41,369 nt of DNA from Thermoplasmatota archaeon. Its GTDB lineage: Archaea > Thermoplasmatota > Penumbrarchaeia > Penumbrarchaeales > Penumbrarchaeaceae. The first letter of the stretch is position 1. Every line of letters begins with the position of its first letter. The notes beneath the pieces are model-generated. The model saw only the letters and a program-made list of their open reading frames with translations, was not told the DNA's origin and did no database searches. Location of the stretch: positions 1-41,369 of the forward strand of contig CBDDUX010000018.1 in NCBI GenBank assembly GCA_965234725.1, given 5' to 3'. This document shows, piece by piece, positions 19,359-28,430 of the stretch. Position numbers and translations under genes: made by a program.

Positions 19359-20294
19359 CTAATTATTGACCAGCGATTCTATTCTCTCCCAATCCGCCTT
19401 GTATTCCTGCGGTCCTTCACTTTTAATGGAAAGGGCACCCATGGCATTTCCATATCTTAGAGCCTCTTTCGGATCATGTCCCCTGATCAAAGCTCCGTAG
19501 AATCCTCCCCTGAACGCATCCCCTGCACCTGTTGCATCCACCACCTCACCAACATCAACAGGTTCCGCATGAGTTATCCCGTCCTTGTTTATCAGTACCG
19601 ATCCCTCATTTCCTAAAGTTATCACCGCTTCATCGATACTTTCGAATGCTTCCTCGAAGAAAGGGACCCCCATCCCGGAAAAACTATGGATATTTCCTTT
19701 CCATCCCATCAGTTCACCCAGGTGCTTCCATTCCCCCAGGTTTCCGAAGAACCGATCACAGTAGGGAAGCACTCCTGATAGGAGGTCCTTGTCCCATCTG
19801 AAGAAGATCTCCATACCTGGATCTATGGCAATGGATGCTCCTCGCATAGACAGCTCTCTTGCACATTTAATTGAGAACAACGGGTCTGAAGTTGCTATAT
19901 GGCAATGGGTCATCAGATGTTCAAAAGGAACATCCATTTCTCTTTGCTCTTTCATTGATCCCAAATTGAATGCATATACCTGTCTTCCTCCAGGTGCTGA
20001 TAGAATGATACAATATGGGGAAGGCAGATCCTCGGATACCAAGACGGGTCCAAGGTCCACTCCCGCTTTTAGCAGGTCCTTTTTGTATCTTTCAGGGAAA
20101 TCCCTTCCTATTACAGAGGAAAGTTCCACCTTCACTCCAATCCTGGAAGCCGCCATTGCGACATTTCCGCCACAGCCACCGAAAACTGTCCTTTCGCCTG
20201 AGATCGGTGTGGACTGCCCCTCGGTCGGGATCTCCGGGACGGTAAAGATCCTGTCGATGTTCATGTTGCCGCAGACAAGTAAACCTCTTTCCAT
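19359..20294 (-). CDS. PfkB/ribokinase-family kinase (probable nucleoside kinase)
   Basis: CGNMNID, FGGCGGNVA, DPG, N..E, TLGNEGS, VDATGAGDAFRGGF. The start is taken at ATG 20294; the ORF is open from 20327. Confidence 0.9.
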   Translation of the reverse strand: MERGLLVCGNMNIDRIFTVPEIPTEGQSTPISGERTVFGGCGGNVAMAASRIGVKVELSSVIGRDFPERYKKDLLKAGVDLGPVLVSEDLPSPYCIILSAPGGRQVYAFNLGSMKEQREMDVPFEHLMTHCHIATSDPLFSIKCARELSMRGASIAIDPGMEIFFRWDKDLLSGVLPYCDRFFGNLGEWKHLGELMGWKGNIHSFSGMGVPFFEEAFESIDEAVITLGNEGSVLINKDGITHAEPVDVGEVVDATGAGDAFRGGFYGALIRGHDPKEALRYGNAMGALSIKSEGPQEYKADWERIESLVNN

Positions 20295-20411
20295 TAGATG
20301 CTGGAGCAGGACAAGATGATATAACATTAACCCTTTCTGTGTATGTTTCTGAACATATTACCAGATAAAACTTATCTAACATGCAACATTACCTTGACGT
20401 TTTCTGGTGGA

Positions 20412-21458
20412 ATGATGCCTGCACCAAAACCTGAACTCCAACCCCGAGTGAGGTCATTTGAAAGGGCCACCTACTCCGAAGAAAGAAGGAAAAGGGATGA
20501 GCCTGAGGATGATGGGGAAAAGGAAAAGCTCCCAAGGTGGAAGAAGGAGGCAAGATCCTTCCTCTTTGACATACTTGCAGCCTTTATTGTCCTACTCCTC
20601 CTTGTGGGGGGTTTGTACACTTATACGAACAACTGGCCGCCACTCGTTGTTGTTCAATCAGGTTCCATGCAGCATTCCGATGATACTTCATTTGTCGGTG
20701 TCATAGATACGGGGGACCTTGTTTTTGTCAAGAAAGTGGACGGAATGAGTGACCTTGTCCCTTACTTCGATGGGATCGAAAAGGACCATCGGAGGTATGA
20801 TTCCTTTGGGGATGTAATAATTTTCAGACCCAACGGTGATGATGACAGAACAGCCATCATTCACAGAGCGGTGCTTTATGTGGAGTTCAACAGCACCGAC
20901 CTGGATTGGGAAAATGATTCCTACGGTGGTTTCGACATCCCATCCATGGGAAGGACCAATCTGAAGGATAAGGTCACCATAGATTCATACGAATGGCCGG
21001 AAACTGTCAGACCAGGTGGTCTGGTAATTGACCTTCAGGAGATACTGAGGAACTTCTATACCTACAAGACCGAACCCCATAGTGGTTACATAACAAAGGG
21101 TGATGACAATCCGGGAGTGGACCAGACCTCGGACTTCTACTCCAACGACCCCCCATGGATAGAACCCGTGGAATTCGATTGGGTCATCGGAAAGTCTGTT
21201 GGAGAACTCCCCTGGTTCGGTATCATCAAGCTCAAGCTTGAGGGTAATGACAATTGGCCTGATAATTCCATGAGGAATCTGATCATTGCCATGATCATTC
21301 TGGTTGCCACTCCATTCATCCTTGATATCGGTATACATATGGCAGTTAAGATCTTTAAGAGGGAGGATGAGGAGGAAGAAGAGGTCCCGGAACGGAATCC
21401 CAGGAGACCTGTTAGTCCAAGAAAATTGGCACCTCCACCTAAGCAAGGTAGACCCTGA
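20412..21458 (+). CDS. Signal peptidase I, archaeal Sec11/S26B type with insertions
   Basis: TM helix followed by VVVQSGSM (catalytic Ser), DTGDLV, IIHRA (His), ITKGDDN, and a second TM. Start ATG 20412 or 20415. Confidence 0.9.
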   Translation: MMPAPKPELQPRVRSFERATYSEERRKRDEPEDDGEKEKLPRWKKEARSFLFDILAAFIVLLLLVGGLYTYTNNWPPLVVVQSGSMQHSDDTSFVGVIDTGDLVFVKKVDGMSDLVPYFDGIEKDHRRYDSFGDVIIFRPNGDDDRTAIIHRAVLYVEFNSTDLDWENDSYGGFDIPSMGRTNLKDKVTIDSYEWPETVRPGGLVIDLQEILRNFYTYKTEPHSGYITKGDDNPGVDQTSDFYSNDPPWIEPVEFDWVIGKSVGELPWFGIIKLKLEGNDNWPDNSMRNLIIAMIILVATPFILDIGIHMAVKIFKREDEEEEEVPERNPRRPVSPRKLAPPPKQGRP

Positions 21459-21500
21459 CCTGATATGAACTAGTACACATTGAAAGATATGCCATCAATG

Positions 21501-21510
21501 TTTTTTTTTT
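21501..21510 (+). terminator. Oligo-T archaeal terminator candidate
   Basis: T10 run about 40 nt after the signal peptidase stop. Confidence 0.5.
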
Positions 21511-21513
21511 AAT

Positions 21514-23502
21514 CTACCTTGAGTTGTAGAATATCTGAGCGTCCCTTGGATGGAACTCTCCCTGACCTGTGATGGAATATGAGATCACTATAGATTGACC
21601 AGGTTGGACCTTATCAATGACCCATTCCAGGATGGTTATACCTTCAGGAGTGGGTTCCTGACGGGGTTCAAGGGAATAATTCGTGGCCTTGAAATTCTCG
21701 GGTATGATATCTCGGAGCATCAGCTGTGAGATCGGATTGTTACCTCTGTTGCGGTAAAGGAGCTCTATGTGGTATTCTCCTGTCCCTTTTCCTTGTTCTA
21801 TGGACTTCCCTACCGAGAACCTTCTCAGGACCTGCATTGTCTGAACTACTGGAGCCCCTGCTTCATCTTTTGCAGAGATCACCGGTCCCGGAAGTATCGT
21901 CCTTGCATCCACCTCGGCGGGAGCGCGGAGCGTCTGTTCCGGTTCAGGTCTATGGATGGTCGTGGTATACCTGATTATTATCTTTTCTCCCCTTGCCAGA
22001 GTTCCTCCGTTCTCGGAAAGATCGTCGATTCGTATGAAGAACTTCTGTTCATTGGAAGGATCAACATTATCCGGTTCAACATGGATCCCTACATTGTCCC
22101 TGAGCTCTATCCCACCTTTCTCCACCCTAAGCATAGATGGAGATGGTGGAAGGAAGAAGGCAGGAAGAGTGTCCCTGATGAAGAGGTGGTCGATATCAGC
22201 ACCGGAGGTATTCTCGATAACCATCTGGGCTGTTATTTCCGTATCCCTCTTCGCCTCCACTCGTGCCTTGTCAAATGATTTCTTGAACATCAGTCCGGCC
22301 GGGAAGAGACCTCCTCCTTCCTTTTCGAGTTCGTAGTTGGTTTTCTTTATGAGTCCCGGGATCACGTTAAGGACCAGGTTCTTTATGAACGACGGTCTTT
22401 CGGACCTTGTGACCAGCCAGGAATCGGATTCCCATCTTTCACCCGGAGGAACGAATATGTTGTTCCGATCCAAATTCAGATAGATATTCCCCGCTTCGGA
22501 ATCCTTCACCTCCACCATCATCACCTCCACCTCGAAATCTGAAGTGTTCTCCACGACGAAACGACAAACCCACTCTCCAGGTTCCTCGGTCTCGTCAGCC
22601 TCGATGAAGTACATGTTCCGGCACATTGCCTCAAAGGAGTCCACAACGATATTGGAAATGATATCGTCACTCTTTGCAGTAACTTGTATATTGCCTGCTG
22701 GAATCATATCCTGGCCAGGAGCTGTGATGTCCGCTTCATATCTGAGGACCTTCATCTCAAGGGATCTCAACTCCTGGATACGCCAGACAAGTCTCCCATC
22801 CTCTACTTTGACATCTTCTGTTATATCTCCGGGGAAAATAATGTTCTTGAGTTCCTTTGGAATTTCTTTCGTTAGGACCAGTGACCCGTATGAGATGGGG
22901 GCCAGGTTCTTCATCCCGATCTGGAATACGATATGAGCCTGTTTGCCGGTAATGATCACCCTGGATTCAGGAAGGTCCGGATCTGTGGTTATGGCCTCTT
23001 CGATGGCAATGGATGGTCCTGGAAGGTACATGCCGTATGTCCTTGAGACCATCTTTCCGGGTTCTATCTCATTGGCAGTGACCTGGTTGAAATCCAGTTC
23101 TGCAACTCCGGACTCCTCATGGATAACAACTCCAGCATCCCAGATCCTGTCCTTCTCAGATCTGTTATTGATCGAAATAATCCCTCTTGAGGAGTGGTCC
23201 CTTATCGATGAATCGATCCCAAGATGGACCTTCTCTGATTCGAGGAATTCTATTATGCCAGAAGAATCATCAGAAAACCTGATATTTGCTTCTTCAATCA
23301 CTTCCCTCTCCTTCTTCTCCTTGGTGATCCAGTCCTCGAACTTCTCGTACATCAAGGCTCCTGTCCTCGGGTCCATCTTCGCTCCTACTCTTCCAAAACC
23401 CGAGTCAGCCTCCAGGGTGGTGGTCCCCTTTTTCAGATCGTATGCATATGGGACCCTGCCAACCAACTTTCTCTCAATATCGACTATCTCTTCTTCCTCC
23501 AT
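21514..23502 (-). CDS. Uncharacterised acidic protein with about five DUF11/Ig-like beta-sandwich modules; no signal peptide or TM
   Basis: GGAGG SD before ATG 23502. Repeated patterns (V/I)xN(T/R)(S/G)...RDx(L/I)P...W.(I/V)..L.PG...I.Y. Confidence 0.75.
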   Translation of the reverse strand: MEEEEIVDIERKLVGRVPYAYDLKKGTTTLEADSGFGRVGAKMDPRTGALMYEKFEDWITKEKKEREVIEEANIRFSDDSSGIIEFLESEKVHLGIDSSIRDHSSRGIISINNRSEKDRIWDAGVVIHEESGVAELDFNQVTANEIEPGKMVSRTYGMYLPGPSIAIEEAITTDPDLPESRVIITGKQAHIVFQIGMKNLAPISYGSLVLTKEIPKELKNIIFPGDITEDVKVEDGRLVWRIQELRSLEMKVLRYEADITAPGQDMIPAGNIQVTAKSDDIISNIVVDSFEAMCRNMYFIEADETEEPGEWVCRFVVENTSDFEVEVMMVEVKDSEAGNIYLNLDRNNIFVPPGERWESDSWLVTRSERPSFIKNLVLNVIPGLIKKTNYELEKEGGGLFPAGLMFKKSFDKARVEAKRDTEITAQMVIENTSGADIDHLFIRDTLPAFFLPPSPSMLRVEKGGIELRDNVGIHVEPDNVDPSNEQKFFIRIDDLSENGGTLARGEKIIIRYTTTIHRPEPEQTLRAPAEVDARTILPGPVISAKDEAGAPVVQTMQVLRRFSVGKSIEQGKGTGEYHIELLYRNRGNNPISQLMLRDIIPENFKATNYSLEPRQEPTPEGITILEWVIDKVQPGQSIVISYSITGQGEFHPRDAQIFYNSR

Positions 23503-23623
23503 AAGGACCCTCCTTTGAACCAATGATTATATAACAGGTATAACACGACATTTTTTATAAATCCAACTATGAAAGGTCCGAACACTCATAGATTATAAAT
23601 AAGTGACCTTATGTCTCGGCCAC

Positions 23624-25747
23624 ATGATGAAGAAGAGCCTTTCCTCGATTGCTGTTAGAAAGGTGGTAGAGGAGGCCAGGGTACTTGAGGGAGCCTTCTT
23701 CCAAAAGGCGTACCAGCTTGATTACGGTACTCTTGTCCTCCGATTCGCGATCCGGAAGGAGCTTTTGGAGAGCAGGGGTGACCATCCTTTCATCCAACGG
23801 ATACTTGGAAATGAAACGAAGGATGAAGAGGTAGAAGGCATATCCCTGAATGAGGGAATTGGAAGTTATGCAAAGTTCGACCTGTACTTCAGAATGGGAG
23901 GTTTTCTTTTCTTTTCTCCTCAGGTAAGCAGTGATATGCCCAAGGAGCCCTCCCATTTTGCTATGAAGCTCAGAAAATCATTGAAGAACAGGATCCTGAA
24001 CAATATCACTCAGTTGGAGATGGACCGGATAGTTGTTCTTACATTCAATCCCCTTCCGGGGGAGGAAGAGGAGAGGAAGCTCTACCTGGAACTCTTCGGT
24101 GATGGAAATACCATAATCGTCAAGGGGGAGGAGATAGAGACAGCTTTCACATCTCGATCCTGGTCATCACGTATAGTGAAGAAAGGGGAGGTATTCTCCC
24201 CTCCACCATCCGGTCCAGACCCCTTCAAGATTACCAAGGAGGATTTCGATATATTCTTGGCCTCATCAACAGACGATCTTGTCAGGTTCCTGATCAGGAG
24301 AACAAATCTTCCCCCTGCGATCGCAGAGGAAATATGTTTTCGTGTGGGAATTGAGAAGAAGACCTCCATTCCAGCCCTTAAACCGGACCAGAGAGAGGAC
24401 CTTTGGTCTGTATTCAACAAGGTAATGGATGAGATCGGATCAGGTATGGAGGTTTATGTCTATTTTCATAAAGGGGAGCCTTCCATCCTTGAACCTTTCT
24501 TCCTTACATCTTTCTTCGATACTCGGGATATGAAGGTAGCAATGAGCAGATTCGAAGCATCTGTGACCCGAGAGAATGATGACCATTTCAGAGGAATGGG
24601 GTCTATAAACCAGGCGATCGAGACCTTCATGTTCGAGGAGACCGCACCGGTCCCCGAAAAGGGTCGGAAGATGGAAAGGGTCGCGGATAAACTTGAGAAG
24701 CTCCTGAAAAGTCAGGAGAAAGCCAGGAATGAGAGGGAAGAGGAGGCGGTATCTTCAAAAGTCCATGCTGATGCCCTTTACATACATTATCAGGAGATCG
24801 ACGACCTCCTCAAAGGATTCACCATTGAAGCATTCAGGGAGGACCGAACATTATTTCCCGCTGTTCAGTCCTTTTCCACTAACGATAGGGGAGATGTCTC
24901 TGTTAGGGTAAAGGTTGTCACCGAGAGAGGTGAGGAGGAGGTGGACCTTGTTCTTTCAATGGATATCAACCAGAATGCTGACAGACTCTATGAAGCCTCT
25001 AAAAAGGCCAGGAAGAAGATAGAAGGTATAGAAAAGGCCCTTAGAATGACAAGGGAAAAGATAGAAAAAGCCAAAAAAGAGGACGATGAGAGGATCGAGG
25101 AGTTGGAGCAGATCAAGAAGAAGCTCAGGAAGTTCTGGTTCGAGACATTCAGGTGGTGCTTCTCTTCGGATGGATTACTTATGATTGCCGGAAGGGATGC
25201 CAGGTCCAATGAGAGAGTAGTGAAGAAGTACATGAGGGACAATGACATATACGCTCATGCGGATATATCCGGAGCTGCAAGCGTTGTTATCAGGGCTGAG
25301 AATGAGCAGGAAATAGGAGAGGATTCTAAGGTCCAGGGATGCCATTTATCTGTATTGTATTCCAAGGCCTGGAATGCCAAGGTTGGTTCTGCCGGAGCTT
25401 ACTGGGTATTGCCAGATCAGGTTTCCCGAACCGCACAATCCGGGGAATTCGTTGCAAAAGGTTCATTCATCATCAGAGGAAAGAAGAATATGGTTGATAA
25501 ACTGCCACTTTTAGGAGCTGCTGGAACCATTTATGTGGAAGGAGTCCCCAAGGTGATGTTCGGACCAGAGAGTGCAGTATCGGCCATGTGCAAAGGATCA
25601 TATTTCAGGATCAGACCTGGAAAGACCAAGAAATCCGATGTGGTCAAATCGGTAGCGGCAGAACTTGGTGGAGAGATGGAACAGGTGATGTCCGTGCTTC
25701 CAGCTGATGACATGGAATTGGAGAAAGTAGAAAGGTCGATGGAATGA
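23624..25747 (+). CDS. rqcH: NFACT family / ribosome quality control protein (RqcH/Rqc2/NEMF homologue)
   Basis: FAMKLRKSL, QLEMDRIV, LELFGDGN, coiled coil INQNADRLYEASKKARKK, NFACT-R motifs WFETFRW...AGRDARSNE, YAHADISGA, SGEFVAKGSFIIRGKKN. Confidence 0.9.
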   Translation: MMKKSLSSIAVRKVVEEARVLEGAFFQKAYQLDYGTLVLRFAIRKELLESRGDHPFIQRILGNETKDEEVEGISLNEGIGSYAKFDLYFRMGGFLFFSPQVSSDMPKEPSHFAMKLRKSLKNRILNNITQLEMDRIVVLTFNPLPGEEEERKLYLELFGDGNTIIVKGEEIETAFTSRSWSSRIVKKGEVFSPPPSGPDPFKITKEDFDIFLASSTDDLVRFLIRRTNLPPAIAEEICFRVGIEKKTSIPALKPDQREDLWSVFNKVMDEIGSGMEVYVYFHKGEPSILEPFFLTSFFDTRDMKVAMSRFEASVTRENDDHFRGMGSINQAIETFMFEETAPVPEKGRKMERVADKLEKLLKSQEKARNEREEEAVSSKVHADALYIHYQEIDDLLKGFTIEAFREDRTLFPAVQSFSTNDRGDVSVRVKVVTERGEEEVDLVLSMDINQNADRLYEASKKARKKIEGIEKALRMTREKIEKAKKEDDERIEELEQIKKKLRKFWFETFRWCFSSDGLLMIAGRDARSNERVVKKYMRDNDIYAHADISGAASVVIRAENEQEIGEDSKVQGCHLSVLYSKAWNAKVGSAGAYWVLPDQVSRTAQSGEFVAKGSFIIRGKKNMVDKLPLLGAAGTIYVEGVPKVMFGPESAVSAMCKGSYFRIRPGKTKKSDVVKSVAAELGGEMEQVMSVLPADDMELEKVERSME

Positions 25748-26541
25748 AGGGAATAACAGACGAAAGAATACTAATGATAGCCACTCTTGTGGTTGGTAAT
25801 GAGATCCTCCTTGGAAGGACCAGAGATACCAATACACAATTCCTCACCGAGATCCTTCTAAAAAGGGGACTCAGGCTCTCAAGATGGGTGATAGTACCTG
25901 ACAGGAAGTGGGATATATCCTCACAGTTGAAGGGGATCGTTGAGGAGGGATTCGACCTTGTGGTGGTCTCCGGAGGAATGGGCCCTACCCACGATGATAT
26001 CACGGTGGGATCAGTTGCCGATGCACTTGGACTTGAACTTTCAAATCACAGTGAGACCGAGGATCGGATGATAAAGAAATGGAGGGAGAGATATCCGGAT
26101 CTGGAAATGACACCTTCTTCAGGGAAGGGGATCAGGAAGATGGCCACCATTCCGGAAGGGTTCAGACCTATCAGGAACGGCTCGGGTATGGCAGAAGGCC
26201 TTTTCGGTCGGACCAGTGACGGAAGGACCTCCATACTTATCGTTCCTGGGGTTCCGGTAGAATACAAGGCCATAATCGGAGGGGATGAATTTCCCTTACT
26301 TCTCCCGGAATCCGATCCCGATGATCAGAGTTTTCGTGAGATCCATTTCAAGGGAAAGGAGAGCCAGATATCTGATGTTCTCGAGGACCTTCAAGGATCA
26401 TATCCATCCCTTGATGTCGGTTCATATCCCCAGGGCTCGATGATGGTGATCATCAGAATAACGGGAAGGAAGGAAAAGGTCGATGAAGCCTTGAATACGA
26501 TTCGATCGAAGATCGAATATCTGGAAAGGGAGGTCATATGA
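25744..26541 (+). CDS. CinA-N / COG1058 molybdopterin-binding-like protein (probable pyrophosphatase), lacking a PncC domain
   Basis: VGNEILLGRTRDTN, SGGMGPTHDDIT, VPGVP. ATGA overlap with rqcH. Confidence 0.85.
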   Translation: MKGITDERILMIATLVVGNEILLGRTRDTNTQFLTEILLKRGLRLSRWVIVPDRKWDISSQLKGIVEEGFDLVVVSGGMGPTHDDITVGSVADALGLELSNHSETEDRMIKKWRERYPDLEMTPSSGKGIRKMATIPEGFRPIRNGSGMAEGLFGRTSDGRTSILIVPGVPVEYKAIIGGDEFPLLLPESDPDDQSFREIHFKGKESQISDVLEDLQGSYPSLDVGSYPQGSMMVIIRITGRKEKVDEALNTIRSKIEYLEREVI

Positions 26542-26913
26542 TTGGATATGGATGGTCTTTTGGAGGCTTGTAGGTCCAAGAAGGGATCGACAGAGGACTT
26601 CCCCTTTGATGAGAGCACATTGGTCTTCCGTATTGGTGGCAAGATCTTTGCCCTGACCGACCTGGGAGGGAAGGTCCCCCGGGTCAATTTGAAATGCGAT
26701 CCTTTCATAGCAGAGGCCTTGAGAGAGGAGTATGGTTCGGTCATACCCGGCTACCATATGAACAAGCGCCATTGGAACACAGTTATCCTGGATGGATCGA
26801 TACCCGATGAAAGGGTACTTGGTATGATAGACCATTCATTCGACCTTGTATGTTCATCTATAGGGAAGCAAGCAAGGAAGGAGCTTGGGATCGATCTCAC
26901 TCAGCCCATTTGA
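26542..26913 (+). CDS. MmcQ/YjbR family DNA-binding protein
   Basis: FPFDESTLVFRIGGKIFA, NLKCDP, PGYHMNKRHWNTV. GGAGGT SD 7 nt before the TTG. Confidence 0.92.
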   Translation: MDMDGLLEACRSKKGSTEDFPFDESTLVFRIGGKIFALTDLGGKVPRVNLKCDPFIAEALREEYGSVIPGYHMNKRHWNTVILDGSIPDERVLGMIDHSFDLVCSSIGKQARKELGIDLTQPI

Positions 26914-28282
26914 ATCTGGCAGTGAAGTGTCTTAGAACAGGAGGTTCTTCGGTCAGCTCGAATCCCTTGATGGATTCTCTGATCTCCCATACCTTCTTTA
27001 CAGACTTCACGACATAGTCCATATGTCTATGTGTATAGACCCTTCTTGGTATGGTCAATCTGACCAGTTCGAGCTTGGCCGGTCTGTTTTCCCCCGTTGC
27101 AGGATCCCTTCCATTCAGGAGTGTTCCGATCTCCACACCTCTAACTCCCGATTCAACATACAGATGCGCACAGAAGGCCATGCCTGGAAATTGGTCCTGG
27201 GGAATATGGGGAAGGAACTTCTTCATATCAAGATAGATCGCATGACCCCCGGGGGGCCAAAGGACCGGTATTCCCTCTGCCTTTAATCTTTCTCCAAGAT
27301 ACCTTACCTGTCCTATCCTATAGGAGAGATAGCTCTCATCGATCCCTTCGTATAGGCCCCTGGCAATGGCTTCGAGGTCCCTTCCTGCAAGACCTCCGTA
27401 TGTGACGAAACCTTCGAACAGGATGCCGAAATTCTTGATCTTGTCATAAATATCAGCATGTCTGGTTGCAACGAAACCACCGATGTTGACGATCGCATCC
27501 TTTTTTGCCGACATGGTCATTATATCAAAGCAGTCAGCCTGCATTTTCGCGATCTCCTTGATGGAGTATTTGTCCATCCCGGGTTCCCTTCTCTTGATGA
27601 AGTAACAGTTCTCCGCATACCTTGCACCATCGAGACAGACCGGGATCCCATATTTGTCCGATAGTGCTTTGACCGCTCTCATGTTCTCCAGGGATACTGG
27701 TTGCCCGCCTCCACTGTTGCAGGTAGCAGTTACCACAATGAACGGGATCGACCCTTTTCCGTATTCCTTGTAAATGGATTCCAACTTTTCAAGGTCCAGG
27801 TTTCCTTTGAACGGGTGATCCTTGTAGGGATCTGCCGCCTCCTCGATCGTGCAATCCATGGCCTTTCCTAAATTGTGTTCGATGTGGGCCTTTGTAGTGT
27901 CGAAATGTGTGTTTCCCGGTATCACATCGCCATCTTTTATCAAAGCAGTATGCAGGACGTTCTCGGCTCCCCTCCCCTGGTGGCAGGGAAGGAGATATTC
28001 GAAACCCAGAATGTCCTTTACTGCAGATTCAAGATTGTAGAAGTTCCTTGAACCGGCATATGTCTCGTCCCCCATCATCAATCCTGCCCACTGTCGGTCG
28101 GACATTGCACCTGTTCCTGAATCCGTCAGAAGATCTATGAAGATGTTCTCCCCTTTGATCAAAAATACATTGAGTCCCGCCTCTTTGACGAACATCTCCC
28201 TATCTTTTCTGGAAGGTATGGAGATAGGTTCCACCATCTTGATCCTGAACGGTTCCACTTCCGAGAACATCTCTTCATCCAT
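26897..28282 (-). CDS. tnaA: Tryptophanase (PLP-dependent beta-eliminating lyase)
   Basis: EPFRIKMVE, DLLTDSGT, HQGRGAE, FDTT, PLP lysine in SAKKD. VEIG and LRHFTA distinguish it from tyrosine phenol-lyase (MERG, LRFFTA). Confidence 0.88.
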   Translation of the reverse strand: MDEEMFSEVEPFRIKMVEPISIPSRKDREMFVKEAGLNVFLIKGENIFIDLLTDSGTGAMSDRQWAGLMMGDETYAGSRNFYNLESAVKDILGFEYLLPCHQGRGAENVLHTALIKDGDVIPGNTHFDTTKAHIEHNLGKAMDCTIEEAADPYKDHPFKGNLDLEKLESIYKEYGKGSIPFIVVTATCNSGGGQPVSLENMRAVKALSDKYGIPVCLDGARYAENCYFIKRREPGMDKYSIKEIAKMQADCFDIMTMSAKKDAIVNIGGFVATRHADIYDKIKNFGILFEGFVTYGGLAGRDLEAIARGLYEGIDESYLSYRIGQVRYLGERLKAEGIPVLWPPGGHAIYLDMKKFLPHIPQDQFPGMAFCAHLYVESGVRGVEIGTLLNGRDPATGENRPAKLELVRLTIPRRVYTHRHMDYVVKSVKKVWEIRESIKGFELTEEPPVLRHFTARFKWAE

Positions 28283-28430
28283 GGGACAGTAAATGTGGTC
28301 CCGATTAATAAAGAGTTCATATGATCAAGGCCTGGTTCATATTTGCTTATGTTCCATTCCTTCGATCTGTAACAACCTATGGCAAATTGAAAATATCATA
28401 TACATCCTATTATCAAACTCGCGTGAGATC

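Noticed and set aside
26897-28282. Tyrosine phenol-lyase assignment
   Set aside because: The diagnostic residues (SAKKD, VEIG, LRHFTA) match tryptophanase.
28293-28430. N-terminal extension of Ppk1
   Set aside because: It covers the divergent promoter region and shows no Ppk-like sequence.
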